Positions 31,687 through 41,873 of a stretch of 64,000 nucleotides of DNA are shown one piece after another. Source of the stretch: an uncultured Solirubrobacterales bacterium. Its GTDB lineage: Bacteria > Actinomycetota > Thermoleophilia > Solirubrobacterales > Solirubrobacteraceae. The notes under the pieces were generated by a model that made no database searches, was not told where the DNA came from, and worked only from the letters and a program-made list of their open reading frames with translations. The translations under genes and the position numbers were made by a program. Location: positions 331-64,330 of the forward strand of contig CAVQZJ010000037.1 in the NCBI GenBank assembly GCA_963718425.1, written 5' to 3'. How positions within the stretch are numbered: the first letter of the stretch is position 1; the number at the start of each line of letters is the position of its first letter.

Positions 31687-32135
31687 GCCGCAGACTGGCC
31701 GGCGGCACTCGCCGGATGGGACCCGAGAACATCCCGCAGCCGCTGGGCGGCCTCCTCGTTCATCCGGATGCGCTCGTCGATGTCATCCGGATGGGAGGCG
31801 TAGTAGCTCGCGCCCAGCTCGACCATGGTCCGGTCCAGCCCGCTGGCGAGTACCACTGCCGCGATCGGGTCCGCGGCGCCCTCGCCGGCAGCCCGCTTCA
31901 GGTCGCGGGCAATCTCCCACACATCGGGGCCACCCGCGATACCAGCCCTCCTGCCCGTGGGGCCCGACCGGAACACGATCCCGGGAAACGCTTCGATCCG
32001 CAGACCCTCTTCGATCAGACGCTCCGCAACACGTGCCTTGGACTCGCCGAGGTGCTGACTGCGAGCATCAAGCAGCGCCACCACCTCCGCCGAGAACCGC
32101 GCGGAAAAAGACCTTGTGCGCTTCGCGTCTGACAT
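31683..32135 (-). CDS. Putative antitoxin (RHH-like N-terminus + DUF433-like wHTH)
   Basis: FSARF...VAERLIEEGLR, FPGIVFRSGPTGRRA, GPDVWEI, YYASHPDDIDERI; 4-nt overlap with the PIN gene. Confidence 0.75.
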   Translation of the reverse strand: MSDAKRTRSFSARFSAEVVALLDARSQHLGESKARVAERLIEEGLRIEAFPGIVFRSGPTGRRAGIAGGPDVWEIARDLKRAAGEGAADPIAAVVLASGLDRTMVELGASYYASHPDDIDERIRMNEEAAQRLRDVLGSHPASAAGQSAA

Positions 32136-32158
32136 CGACACTGCCTCTCGTCACTCTT

Positions 32159-32177
32159 TGTAACACAATGTAGCACA
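32159..32177. promoter_or_regulatory. Direct repeats TGTARCACA x2, probable TA autoregulatory operator
   Basis: TGTAACACA and TGTAGCACA with 10-bp spacing just upstream of the antitoxin. Confidence 0.5.
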
Positions 32178-32470
32178 TTCGGAAGGGAGTGCGCTATTTC
32201 TTCGCCTTGCCACGGGTCTTCTGTCGCAGGAGTACCACCTCCCGCGCCGGTCGAGACCGCCCGGCAGCTGACGTTACCCTCACGCCAGGCGGCAACAGGC
32301 TGGATATCCGTGAGCACCCTTCCGTGGATTCGACCCGAGGCGCAGACCTGGTGGGGAATGGATCGAGTTATCCGGGATGGGCTGCAGATGCCGAGGTGGA
32401 GGGGACTCTGTAAGCGCCAACAACCTTTGATGCCCAGAGGTCCGCCGCCGCGGGCTCTAGTTTTGTCGCG

Positions 32471-34447
32471 ATGCAGGCAATCTTGGAGGCAATCGAGGAG
32501 GCCAAGAGTGATCTCGAGCTCGAGCCGGAGGGGCCGGCGCGCGCACGTGCACACAAGGTATTGGCACAGGCACGGCAGCTGTGGGTGGGCCTCCAGAGCA
32601 GTGAGCGTCACACGCTGAGCGGTCCGGCGGGCGAGCTGCGGGCGCTGCTCGACGCTGAGCGCGACTCATCCGGTCTCCCACCGAAGCCAGAGGAGCTACT
32701 TCAGCGCGTCGGCCTGGAGGCCTTTCGCCCGGGCCAGCGCGAGGCGGTGGTTGCGGCGCTGGAGGGCCGTGACAGCCTGGTGGTGATGCCGACCGGAGGC
32801 GGAAAGTCGCTTTGCTACCAGTTGCCGGCGCTCACCGACAGCGGACTGGTGCTCGTCGTCAGCCCGCTGATCGCGCTGATGGCAGACCAGTCGCGCAGGT
32901 TGCGGGAGATGGGTGTGCGGGCGAGCATGCTCGCCTCGGGGATGGAGGATGGCCACAACGAGCGAGCGCTTGCCGAGGTGCGCTCGGGCGAGACACAGCT
33001 GGTGCTCCTCGCGCCAGAGCGCTTCGCGTCGCGTCCCCTGCGTGAGGCTCTCGCCCAGCGCAAGGTGGCGCTGTTCGTGGTGGACGAGGCGCATTGCGTG
33101 GCCGAGTGGGGACACGACTTCAGGCCCGACTATCTGCGTCTCGCAGACGCGATCTCCTCCGTCGGTCGCCCGCCGGTGATGGCGGCGACGGCGACGGCTA
33201 CCCCAGCTGTCGCCAGGGAAATCGCCGAGCGACTGGGACTGCGCGACTGGGTTTCGATCCGCTCGGGGTTTGACCGGCCGAACCTGACCTTCGATGTCGT
33301 GAGCCTAGAGGGCAAAGGTTCGGTGGCCCGCAAGCGAGCCGCGCTCTTGCACATCCTCGGTGAGCAGGACGCCCGCCCCGCGATCGTGTACTGCGGCACC
33401 CGCAAAGACACCGAGGAGGTTGCCGGCCTGATCGCGGAGTCCGGAGTCACGACCGTCGCCTACCACGCCGGGATGGTGCCCGAGCACAGGCGGGCAAGCC
33501 AGGAGGCCTTCATGACCGGCGAGGCAGAAGTGGTGGTCGCCACCAACGCCTTCGGGATGGGTGTGGACAAGGCCAATGTGCGAACCGTGGCGCACTGGGC
33601 GCTGCCGACGAGCCTCGAGGCCTACTACCAGGAGTCCGGACGGGCCGGACGTGACGGCAAGCCGGCGCGTGCGCTGCTGCTGGCGGCGCGCATGGATCTG
33701 GGGCGGCTGATTCGTTTCATCAACGAGCGCGAGACCAGCGTGGAGGACGTAGGTAGTTACCTGCGCACCCTGCGGGGTCGGGCGCATGGACAGGGTGACG
33801 CGTCCCTCGTCGGTGGCTCGGGTGGCGCTGACCTAGCGGAGCGCGAGCGGATCCTGTTGTCGATCGCCGAGCGCTCGGGTGCCGTCGAATTGCAGCCCGC
33901 GGGCGGGGGTGCGGTGGCGGTGAGGATTACCGGACACTTCGACGCCGGGGCGGCGTACACAGCGATCAAGGTGGCAAAGGACCGCAGCTGGGAGGCGTAC
34001 AAAGCGATCGAGCGTTTCATGTCAGACGCGCAGAAGTGTCGCCGCCGTCAGATCCTCGACCACTTCGGCGACGCCGAGGAGGGCGCGCCCAGCGGACGCT
34101 GCTGTGACTTGTGCGATCCCGACGAGGAGCTTGCGCGCGTGCTCGCGAAAGCTGCGTCCAGGCCCGGCCGCGCAACCATCCGGGGAGCGACCGGGGCGGC
34201 GGCAAACATCGATGACGACACTTCGGCTGAGCCAGTGAACGAGCGGCAGTTCGAGAAGCTGAGAGCCTGGCGCTGGCAGCGGGCGCAAGGCAAGCCCGCC
34301 TACACGGTGGCCGCCAACGCGGTGCTCGAGGAGATCCTGCGCGCCCGCCCGCGGAGCATCGAGGCGCTCATGGAGATTCGCGGTATCGGCCCGGCTCTGT
34401 GCGAGAAACACGGCGAATCGTTGCTGCAGGCGTTGAGCGAGCTGTAG
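32471..34447 (+). CDS. recQ: RecQ family DNA helicase with HRDC domain
   Basis: MPTGGGKSLCYQ, DEAHC, WGHDFRP, ATNAFGMG, YYQESGRAGRDG, CRR...CCDLC, C-terminal HRDC. Confidence 0.93.
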   Translation: MQAILEAIEEAKSDLELEPEGPARARAHKVLAQARQLWVGLQSSERHTLSGPAGELRALLDAERDSSGLPPKPEELLQRVGLEAFRPGQREAVVAALEGRDSLVVMPTGGGKSLCYQLPALTDSGLVLVVSPLIALMADQSRRLREMGVRASMLASGMEDGHNERALAEVRSGETQLVLLAPERFASRPLREALAQRKVALFVVDEAHCVAEWGHDFRPDYLRLADAISSVGRPPVMAATATATPAVAREIAERLGLRDWVSIRSGFDRPNLTFDVVSLEGKGSVARKRAALLHILGEQDARPAIVYCGTRKDTEEVAGLIAESGVTTVAYHAGMVPEHRRASQEAFMTGEAEVVVATNAFGMGVDKANVRTVAHWALPTSLEAYYQESGRAGRDGKPARALLLAARMDLGRLIRFINERETSVEDVGSYLRTLRGRAHGQGDASLVGGSGGADLAERERILLSIAERSGAVELQPAGGGAVAVRITGHFDAGAAYTAIKVAKDRSWEAYKAIERFMSDAQKCRRRQILDHFGDAEEGAPSGRCCDLCDPDEELARVLAKAASRPGRATIRGATGAAANIDDDTSAEPVNERQFEKLRAWRWQRAQGKPAYTVAANAVLEEILRARPRSIEALMEIRGIGPALCEKHGESLLQALSEL

Positions 34448-34528
34448 GTAGCCAATCTCGCGAGGGCAGAGACGATCAGACTGGGTGGCCACCAGCCATT
34501 GGCCCGGTAAGACAGGATCGCATGCGCC

Positions 34529-34978
34529 TCACCCAGTAGGCACCCCGCCCTCTGAAGAGTCGGTTTCGGCGTCTTGATCTGCGGTCTCGCTCATGGGCTC
34601 AGAGTCGATCGCCTCGCCCACCAGCTCCCCAAGTAGCCTGGCCATCTGTGCCAGGGCCTGATCTTGGTCGGTGGTGTCGTAGTCGAGAGCGAGCCCGCGG
34701 GGATCGTGATAACCGATCATCGTCTGGCGGTTCTGCACCCAAACGAGTATTCGCAGGGGAAGTTCGATGCCGATGCGCGGATCCTGCCGCATCAATGAGG
34801 TGCCAGCCTTGGGGTTGCCGAAGATCAGCACCTGCTCCTGTTGGAGTTCCAGTCCCACGTCGCGCGCGGCGGCGCCGTGATCGATCCGTGCGAACAGCCG
34901 TAATCCACGTCGCCGGATCATCTGGATGAGGCGAGTCGTGGTCTGGCTGAAGTCCAGCGGGCTGGGATTGATTATCAA
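34529..34978 (-). CDS. DUF302 family protein
   Basis: FARIDH, LIFGNPKAGT, IGIELPLRILVW. Confidence 0.85.
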   Translation of the reverse strand: MIINPSPLDFSQTTTRLIQMIRRRGLRLFARIDHGAAARDVGLELQQEQVLIFGNPKAGTSLMRQDPRIGIELPLRILVWVQNRQTMIGYHDPRGLALDYDTTDQDQALAQMARLLGELVGEAIDSEPMSETADQDAETDSSEGGVPTG

Positions 34979-35008
34979 GCGAGTGTCGATGCGCGGTCGG
35001 TCTCGCTT

Positions 35009-35497
35009 TCAGGTCTGGTCGTTGGGTGGGGGCGAGTCCGCTGGTGTGCTGCTGGCGGTCGAGGTCTCGAGCAGCGCCTTCAGTCGCGCGAGATCCTTGC
35101 GGTTGGCTCGCCTCATAGCGGCCGCCATAACAGGCGCGAACAGACCGGGGAACCACGATGGCTGCCCGCGGTTTCGCAGCGTCATCCGTGTGCCGCCGCG
35201 GTCGGTGTCCCGCCAGGCGTAGGTGGTCTCCATCGGGAACGGGCCATCGGCGGTGCTCATCACAAACCGCTCCCCGGCCGTGACATCTCTGACCTCGTAG
35301 GTATAGGCCAGATCCCGTCCCAGAAAGTGGGCGAGAAAAGCGATCCTCGAGCCAACGACAGCCGGCCTCTCGGTCTCCCACTGAACGGCCTTGATGTTCT
35401 GGTACCAGGCCATCGCGTTATCGGGATCAGACGCGTAGGCGGCCACTTCCGAACGTGGACGATCGATCTCGATTTCGCTTGTTACATCTACCGTCAT
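35009..35497 (-). CDS. SRPBCC (polyketide cyclase-like) protein
   Basis: IEIDRP..VAAYASDP..WY; GPFPMETTY; ANRKDLARLKALLE. Confidence 0.85.
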   Translation of the reverse strand: MTVDVTSEIEIDRPRSEVAAYASDPDNAMAWYQNIKAVQWETERPAVVGSRIAFLAHFLGRDLAYTYEVRDVTAGERFVMSTADGPFPMETTYAWRDTDRGGTRMTLRNRGQPSWFPGLFAPVMAAAMRRANRKDLARLKALLETSTASSTPADSPPPNDQT

Positions 35498-35828
35498 GAG
35501 TTGGTTCCAATCAGCCCCAAAAGATAGGACACAAGAGTACCGCTCTGACTGTGGTGGGAAAAAGAGAGACCGAGGGCGGGACATCTGCAGCGACCTCAGA
35601 CGACTCCTTTCGCTGACGAAAAATTGGCCGGTTATCCACACGGGGATGGAAGACGCTCAACAACCGTGGCCGCGAAAACCCCCGAAGAACCGGCGTCCCG
35701 AGACGATTTTCGGCGTTCTACGCGTCGCTCTGCGCAGCTAGAACGATGTGGTCGCAGACGCCCTGAACGATCTGAATACGGTGATTGTCCCGACCTTACG
35801 AATAAACAGATGTTCTATTAATTTGAAC

Positions 35829-35856
35829 TCAACGATTTATGGAAGAGAGCCGATGT
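35829..35856 (+). promoter_or_regulatory. Sigma28 (FliA/WhiG)-like promoter TCAA-N16-GCCGATGT
   Basis: Resembles TAAA-N15/16-GCCGATAA; ~40 nt upstream of ATG 35898, with a GAGAGGGA RBS. Confidence 0.45.
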
Positions 35857-35897
35857 AGGCCGGACAAGGCCAAAATTCCAATGAGAGGGATTGTTCG

Positions 35898-38711
35898 ATG
35901 CTAAGTATCTCCCCCAAGTACGCCCGCATACGTCTGCCAGCCATTGTGGCTCTCTGTGCTTTTCAGCTTGCCGCGCTGTCACTAATCCCGGCTAGGCAGG
36001 CCAATGCCGCCGGTTCTGTTGCGCCGTCTGTCGTGGTGCCCGGTGGGAAGTTTGGATCGATCTTCTCTTCGTTGCCCGTTTCTGATCTCGGTCTCCAGAA
36101 CGCTGAAGTGGCGCATCTGCTGTCCGGGCTATCCGGTTTGGGCGGGCTGGAAGGCCAGCTGAAAACAGTTGTCACCGGCGTGCTGAAAAGCAACCCGAAC
36201 GCGACGATGCAAGAACTCACGGCCGGTGTGCTCGGCAATGGCCTGATTGGCACAACGCTAAAACTGCTCAAAGTGGGCGTGACTCCCAGCGAGGTCTTTG
36301 AAGCTCTCAGCCCATCGCAACTGTCCACACTGGTTTCGAACGTCACGCCGACGCTAACCAGTGGGCAACTCACAACGCTGCTCAGCGCCACTGCCGGTGG
36401 TCTGGCCGGTCAGGAAGCCGGTTCGTTTGAAAGCATTCTCTCCGCGGTTACCGGTGGGCTTTCCGCCGGCGGCTTGACAAAAGAGCGCGGAGACCTCGTG
36501 GGGCTGTTGTCCGGGCTGAGCAAGGCCGAATTGACACCGGTTCTGGAAGCACTCAAAGGTGTGTCCGGTGCGGGTGGCGTCACTGGTCTGCTGAGTGAAT
36601 TGCAGTCACATAGCCCATCGCAGTTGACGGGTGGCCTGGAATCCCTGGTCGATGGTCTGGACGCCAATGGTCTGTCGGCGCTGGTGGGCGCTTTGTCGAG
36701 TGGCGTGGGGCCCGCCAAGCTGGAAGGGCCATTGCACGACGTGCTCGGCGGTCTGTCGCTCTCGCCGACGACCGGTGAAGCGCTGGCCGGCGAACTGGGT
36801 GTTTCGGTGCAGAGTCTTGGTGAAAGCCTGCAGAGCATCATCGGCTCTAGCACCCCCATGGTGAGCGCTCCGCTCGGCGCCAAAGGACCGGTGCTGGGTC
36901 TGCTGAGCAGCGGCAGCACACTGAAACTCGCACTACTGAGCGTGGAAGAACTCATAGAAACAGTCGGTGAAAAAACCGAAGGTGGCACCCACGAAGAAAC
37001 CGGGAGCACCGAAGAAGGGACCGAAGGCGCCACCCATGAAGAAACTGGGGGGACAGAAGGTGGCACTCACGAAGAAACCGGGGGCAGCAAAGAAGGGACC
37101 GAAGGCGGCACATCAGAAGAATCCAAAACCACCGGAAAAGAATCCGAAAGCTCCGGTGGGGAAGTTGGCGGCGCAGGCGCTGGGGAAGGAGGCACGGAAG
37201 GGAAAAGCTCAGAAGAATCGTGCAGCCCGAGCTCCGCTGCGCCTTGTCTTGTCGTTCCCAATCGCAAGCTCGGATCGATGTTCTCATCGATGCCGGTCTC
37301 TGATCTCGGTCTCCAGAACGCTGAACTGGCGCATCTGCTGTCCGGGCTGCCGGGTTTGAGCGGGCTGGAAGGTGAACTCGGGTCGGTCGTCTCAGGTGTG
37401 CTGAAAGGCAACCCGAACGCGACGGTGCAAGAACTCACGAACGGCGTGCTCGGCAACGGCCTGATTGGCGGTGTCCTGAAACTGCTCAAAGTGGGTATGA
37501 CCTCTGGCCAGGTCTTTGAAGCTCTCAGCCCGGCCCAGCTCTCCACGCTGCTCTCAAATGTCTCTCCGACGCTCGACGGTGGCCAACTGGCGACACTGCT
37601 CAGTGCCACCGCCGGCGGACTGACCGGCCAGGAACTGGGTTCGTTTGAAAAGATCCTGGCGGCGGCCACCGGTTCGCTGCCCGGCGGTGGGGTGGCGAAA
37701 CTGCACGGCGACCTCGCGGGGCTGCTGTCGGGGTTGAGCAAAGCCGAATTGACAGCGGTCTTGGAAGGACTCGAGAGCGTGGTGGGTGCAAGTAGCGTCA
37801 GTGGCCTGCTGGGTGAATTGCAATCCCACAGCCCGTCGCAGTTGACGAGTGGGCTCGAAGGCCTCGTGGGCGGCCTTGACGCAACTGAAGTCTCAGCGCT
37901 CTTTGGGAAGCTCGCGGGCGTTGGGCCCGCCAAGCTGGAAGGGCCGTTGAGCGATGTGCTCGGCGGTCTGTCGCTCTCGCCGACGACCGGTGAAGCGCTG
38001 GCCGGCCAACTCGGCGTCTCGTTGCAGGGTCTTGGCGAAAGCCTGCAGGGTGTCATCAGCTCCGTCACACCGATGGTGAGCGCCCCGCTCGGCGCTGAAG
38101 GCCCGATCCTCGGCCTGCTCAATGGCGCAAGCGCCCTGAAACTCTCACTACTGAGCCCAGAAGCACCCAAACAAACAGGCGGCGAAAAACCCGAAGGCAA
38201 ACACGAAGAAAACACCGGGACCGGCACAAAAGAATCCAAAGGGAGCGGCTCCGAAGACTCAAAAGGGTCCGAATCAAACAAAGAAGTCGTGAACGTGATC
38301 CAGGGCAGCCCGGAAACCGGCCACGGCACCAACGGCAACGCCGGCTCACAGCCCGGCCAGAACACGATCAACGTGTTCCTCCCGCAGGCCCAGAACACGA
38401 CGTCCACCGCAAAGGCCGTGGCGTCAGCGGTAAGGATCAAGATCCTGAGCCACAGGGTGAAGGGCAAGACGGCCATCCTCGTGCTCCAGGTGCCGGGCGC
38501 GGGCTTGGTGACCGTCACCGGAGCCCATGTGACCAAAGCAAGTCACAGGACGACCAAGGCCGGGCGCCTGCAGCTCAAGCTGAAGCTCACAGCGGCCGGT
38601 CTGGCCTCTCTGCGCAGGCACAACAATCTGCTGCGGGTGGTGGTCAGAGCAAGCTTCAAGCCAAGAGGCGTAGGCGGGTCCAGCGCCATCACCTCACTCA
38701 GGTTCAGGTAG
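35898..38711 (+). CDS. Secreted protein with two ~300-aa Leu/Gly/Ser-rich repeats, acidic GTHEETG linker and basic beta C-domain
   Basis: Signal peptide ending ANA; PVSDLGLQNAE...LGLL occurs twice. Confidence 0.85.
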   Translation: MLSISPKYARIRLPAIVALCAFQLAALSLIPARQANAAGSVAPSVVVPGGKFGSIFSSLPVSDLGLQNAEVAHLLSGLSGLGGLEGQLKTVVTGVLKSNPNATMQELTAGVLGNGLIGTTLKLLKVGVTPSEVFEALSPSQLSTLVSNVTPTLTSGQLTTLLSATAGGLAGQEAGSFESILSAVTGGLSAGGLTKERGDLVGLLSGLSKAELTPVLEALKGVSGAGGVTGLLSELQSHSPSQLTGGLESLVDGLDANGLSALVGALSSGVGPAKLEGPLHDVLGGLSLSPTTGEALAGELGVSVQSLGESLQSIIGSSTPMVSAPLGAKGPVLGLLSSGSTLKLALLSVEELIETVGEKTEGGTHEETGSTEEGTEGATHEETGGTEGGTHEETGGSKEGTEGGTSEESKTTGKESESSGGEVGGAGAGEGGTEGKSSEESCSPSSAAPCLVVPNRKLGSMFSSMPVSDLGLQNAELAHLLSGLPGLSGLEGELGSVVSGVLKGNPNATVQELTNGVLGNGLIGGVLKLLKVGMTSGQVFEALSPAQLSTLLSNVSPTLDGGQLATLLSATAGGLTGQELGSFEKILAAATGSLPGGGVAKLHGDLAGLLSGLSKAELTAVLEGLESVVGASSVSGLLGELQSHSPSQLTSGLEGLVGGLDATEVSALFGKLAGVGPAKLEGPLSDVLGGLSLSPTTGEALAGQLGVSLQGLGESLQGVISSVTPMVSAPLGAEGPILGLLNGASALKLSLLSPEAPKQTGGEKPEGKHEENTGTGTKESKGSGSEDSKGSESNKEVVNVIQGSPETGHGTNGNAGSQPGQNTINVFLPQAQNTTSTAKAVASAVRIKILSHRVKGKTAILVLQVPGAGLVTVTGAHVTKASHRTTKAGRLQLKLKLTAAGLASLRRHNNLLRVVVRASFKPRGVGGSSAITSLRFR

Positions 38712-38806
38712 GCAAGGAGCGGCGTTGGCCGCGGGCCGGTGCTCGCGTCCAGCCACGCTCACTGCCCGGCGGCCTCGCCCGAGGCTCCTGGTCTGCCCCG
38801 CACCAG

Positions 38807-39457
38807 TCATGCCTGCGCGGTCATGAGCTCGAGGCTCCCCCAGACGGTTCGCCAGCGATCGCTCAGCCTGACATCGTCAAAGCCGGCCTCGGCGATCACC
38901 CCAGGCAACTGCCCGGCGGCGTGCTCGCGCGTGTTCTGAAAGCCATCCAGCACCCGCAGCATCAGGAAACCAGACCATGTCAGCGGGTCCCGCGGTCGCC
39001 CCCAGTCGGCGATCACCAGACGCCCACCCGGTTTGAGGACGCGGCGGGCCTCCGCCAGAGCGGCGCGCTTGGCGGCACCCGACAGGTGATGAAGCAGCAG
39101 GGAGGCGACCACGACGTTGACCGTGGCCGACTGCAGCGGGAGACGTTCGGCCGTCGCCACGATGAAGCTGATGTTCGGTGTGGAGGAGGCCTTGCGCCGC
39201 GCGGCGGCGAGAATCTGCTCGTCCCCGTCCACACCCACGACCTCGATGTCCGGGCCGGCGTCGGCAAGAGCAACGGCAAGCGTGCCGGTGCCACAGCCCA
39301 AATCGAGCACGTTCGCTGGACGCGGCTCGCGCAGCACGGCTCCCAGCAGCGCGGGACGAAACTCGCTCTCGCGCATGGTCAGGGCCATCACGGGGTCATA
39401 CAGGCGGGTGAGCCATCCGCGTCCCGCCGCGGGCACGTAGCGCTCAGCCCCGTCCAC
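38807..39457 (-). CDS. Class I SAM-dependent methyltransferase
   Basis: VLDLGCGTG, LLHHL, RVLKPGGRL. Confidence 0.9.
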   Translation of the reverse strand: MDGAERYVPAAGRGWLTRLYDPVMALTMRESEFRPALLGAVLREPRPANVLDLGCGTGTLAVALADAGPDIEVVGVDGDEQILAAARRKASSTPNISFIVATAERLPLQSATVNVVVASLLLHHLSGAAKRAALAEARRVLKPGGRLVIADWGRPRDPLTWSGFLMLRVLDGFQNTREHAAGQLPGVIAEAGFDDVRLSDRWRTVWGSLELMTAQA

Positions 39458-40655
39458 GATGGGCCTCCAGGCAGTTCGCGCCGCAGAAGTAGAGGATCCG
39501 CCCGCTCTCCACGACCCGCAGGGCCTTGCTCCTGTCGATCTTCATCCCACAGACCGGGTCGGTCGCGCCGAGGCGCTCGGTGAGCCACAGCATGGCGAGG
39601 AACACGAGTGCCGCCAGCACGTTCAGCCACAGCTTGTAGTTCACGGTGAGCGCGCCGAAGATCGCGGTGCGCGACGGACGCACATGCGGGAGCAGCCCGG
39701 CGGCGCCGAACAGGCCGTTGACGATCAGGGCGGCGAGGATCATCGTCACGAGCATCAGCGCGGTTATCCGCAGCGCGAACGCCGCGCCGTAGTACTTGCG
39801 GTAGACGGCGATGATCGGCAGCACAATCAAATCAGCGAACAGGAAGGCGAGCACCCCGGCGAAGCTGATGCCGCCGGACCACAGCACGGCCGCGAGTGGA
39901 ACGTTGCCGATCGAGCACACGAACGAGAGGACCGCGATGACCGGCCCGACGATCGCGTTCTCAACGCTGGCGAGCACACCGCCGGTGTGTTTGAGGAACA
40001 ACCCGTTGAAGAACTCGTTGGGAAGCTGGGCGAGGAAGCCGGCGAGCACGAAACCTGTCGCGATCTCCCTGTAGAGCATCTGCCAGTCCCCACGGAAGTT
40101 GTGGGCCACGTCAGACCACGCCGAGGCGGAACTCAGACGCTCGCGCCAACTCATCTGCTCGCCGGCGGCGTGGTGTTGGTGGCCGCTGTCGGCCTGCTGG
40201 GCGTGCTCGCGAGCCTGGCGCTCAAGCCGCGGAGAGATCAGCGCTCGCAGCAGCACGGCCATCAGCACAATCATCACGATCCCGCCGAGGTACTCCGCGA
40301 GGGTGAACTGCCAGCCGATCAGCACCCACAGCACGAGGCCTAGCTCCCACACCAGGTTCGTGGAGGCGAACTGGAACGCGAGCGTCGTGACCGCGGAGGC
40401 GCCCTTCTCAAACAGGCTCTTGGCGATAGCGACGGCCGCATAGGAGCACGACGAGGACGCCGCGCCCAGCCCGGTAGCCAGCGCGATGGGCCTTGGGCCC
40501 GAACCGGAGAGGGCACGCTCGATCCGCTCGCGGGGCACCCATGCCTGCACTATCCCGGAGATGAAGAAGCCGAGCACGAGCGCCCACCACACCTCCCAGG
40601 CCATCAGAAACGAGTCTCGCAGGCCATGCCAGATCACATTCAGAACGTCGGCCAT
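39444..40655 (-). CDS. Permease (DUF318/ArsP-like) with C-terminal YHS domain
   Basis: SSSCSY, FVCSIGNVP, many TM helices; DPVCGM...YFCGANC. Confidence 0.85.
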   Translation of the reverse strand: MADVLNVIWHGLRDSFLMAWEVWWALVLGFFISGIVQAWVPRERIERALSGSGPRPIALATGLGAASSSCSYAAVAIAKSLFEKGASAVTTLAFQFASTNLVWELGLVLWVLIGWQFTLAEYLGGIVMIVLMAVLLRALISPRLERQAREHAQQADSGHQHHAAGEQMSWRERLSSASAWSDVAHNFRGDWQMLYREIATGFVLAGFLAQLPNEFFNGLFLKHTGGVLASVENAIVGPVIAVLSFVCSIGNVPLAAVLWSGGISFAGVLAFLFADLIVLPIIAVYRKYYGAAFALRITALMLVTMILAALIVNGLFGAAGLLPHVRPSRTAIFGALTVNYKLWLNVLAALVFLAMLWLTERLGATDPVCGMKIDRSKALRVVESGRILYFCGANCLEAHRGRG

Positions 40656-40686
40656 CGTGCCAGCACCTCGATCATCACATGGCCAA

Positions 40687-40705
40687 CATACTCATGGGGG
40701 GTATA
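40687..40705. promoter_or_regulatory. CsoR-type operator upstream of the permease
   Basis: CATACTCATGGGGGGTATA (TAC...G-tract...GTA). Confidence 0.65.
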
Positions 40706-40808
40706 AGTATAGTGAGCGAGAGCGCCTGGCCGGCGATGCCGCCGTGAGCGGGCGGAGTGCATCAGCATGATCAGTGGGACGGGCCTGGAGGGTGGACCGG
40801 GAGCCCGC

Positions 40809-41285
40809 TCATCTCCCCGATCGCTGCTGCAACTCCTCCACGAACGAGCTGAGGGTCGCCGTCGCGAGGGCCAGCTGCTCGAGCTGCTCGTCTGGCAGTT
40901 TCAGCACATCGGCTCGCATGGCGGCGAGAAACCGTGCACGGAACTTCTGCTGCGCCGCGCGTCCATCCTCGGTGATGCTGATCATGACCACCCGTCCATC
41001 GTCCGGCAGCCCTTCGCGCCTGACCCAGCCGTTCTCCTGCAGGCGCTTGACTAGCAGTGTCATCGTCGGCTGCGCGATCCCCTCCAGTTCGGCGAGCTCG
41101 GTCACCCTCCGCGGTCCCTCTCCGAGGATGCTCAGCACCTCCAGTTCGGTGCGGGAGATCTCGCTCGTGCGGACCTGCTTGACGAGCAGTCGTACGAGCA
41201 GCACCGAACGCGAGAGCAGGTTCTCAACGATGTAATCGACGCGCTCCGCCCGCTGTCCCTCGGAGTTTGTGTGTTGCATAGACAT
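40809..41285 (-). CDS. MarR family regulator
   Basis: VTELAELEGIAQPTMTLLVKRL...DGR...ITEDG. Confidence 0.9.
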   Translation of the reverse strand: MSMQHTNSEGQRAERVDYIVENLLSRSVLLVRLLVKQVRTSEISRTELEVLSILGEGPRRVTELAELEGIAQPTMTLLVKRLQENGWVRREGLPDDGRVVMISITEDGRAAQQKFRARFLAAMRADVLKLPDEQLEQLALATATLSSFVEELQQRSGR

Positions 41286-41360
41286 ATAGATTACTATATA
41301 GTTTGCTAATGTTTATGTAAAGCATTCCCTGCTGGCGCCACATCGAGAAAGGGGCGCATC

Positions 41361-41873
41361 ATGTTCCACAACATCCTCCTAGCAACCGACGGCTCGCCCG
41401 ACGCCGAGCAGGCGCTCGTGCAGGCAATCGACCTCGCGGACTCCGAGCACGCGCGATTGACGATCTTCAGCTCCGTCGTGTCGCCTCCCGTCGGCGCCTA
41501 CATCGGCGCCGGCAGCGGGGTGGCGGCGACGCTCGCCAGTGACGCCGAGGCCGAAGCCGAGACGCTCCTGCGCGCAGCCGTCGAGGCGGTTCCCAACGAC
41601 GTGTCCGTCAGCACCGTGCTGAGCCGGGATCCGGTCAGGCCAGCGCTGATCCGCCAGATCGAGGTGGGAGATCACGATCTCGTTGTGATGGGCTCGCGCG
41701 GGCGTGGCGCACTGCGCTCGGCGCTGCTCGGCAGCGTCAGCCACTACGTGCTGCACCACAGCCCCGTCCCGGTGCTGATCGTGCACGCCGAGGCGAAGGC
41801 GCAGCCAAAAGCGCCGGCGAGGAGCTCCAGTGATGAGCGGACAACGGGCACGGTGGTCAATGTCCCCGCGTGA
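41361..41873 (+). CDS. Universal stress protein
   Basis: [16 protein letters not shown]...LLGSVS...PVPVLIV. Confidence 0.92.
   Translation: MFHNILLATDGSPDAEQALVQAIDLADSEHARLTIFSSVVSPPVGAYIGAGSGVAATLASDAEAEAETLLRAAVEAVPNDVSVSTVLSRDPVRPALIRQIEVGDHDLVVMGSRGRGALRSALLGSVSHYVLHHSPVPVLIVHAEAKAQPKAPARSSSDERTTGTVVNVPA

Noticed and set aside
35632..35640. oriC
   Set aside because: Single DnaA box with no cluster and no dnaA/dnaN nearby.
35803..35817. LexA box (TAAACAGATGTTCTA)
   Set aside because: Only a degenerate match in an AT-rich patch; the flanking genes are not typical SOS genes.
36960..37140. CRISPR-like or non-coding repeats
   Set aside because: They are in-frame coding repeats (THEETG) without spacer structure; no cas genes.
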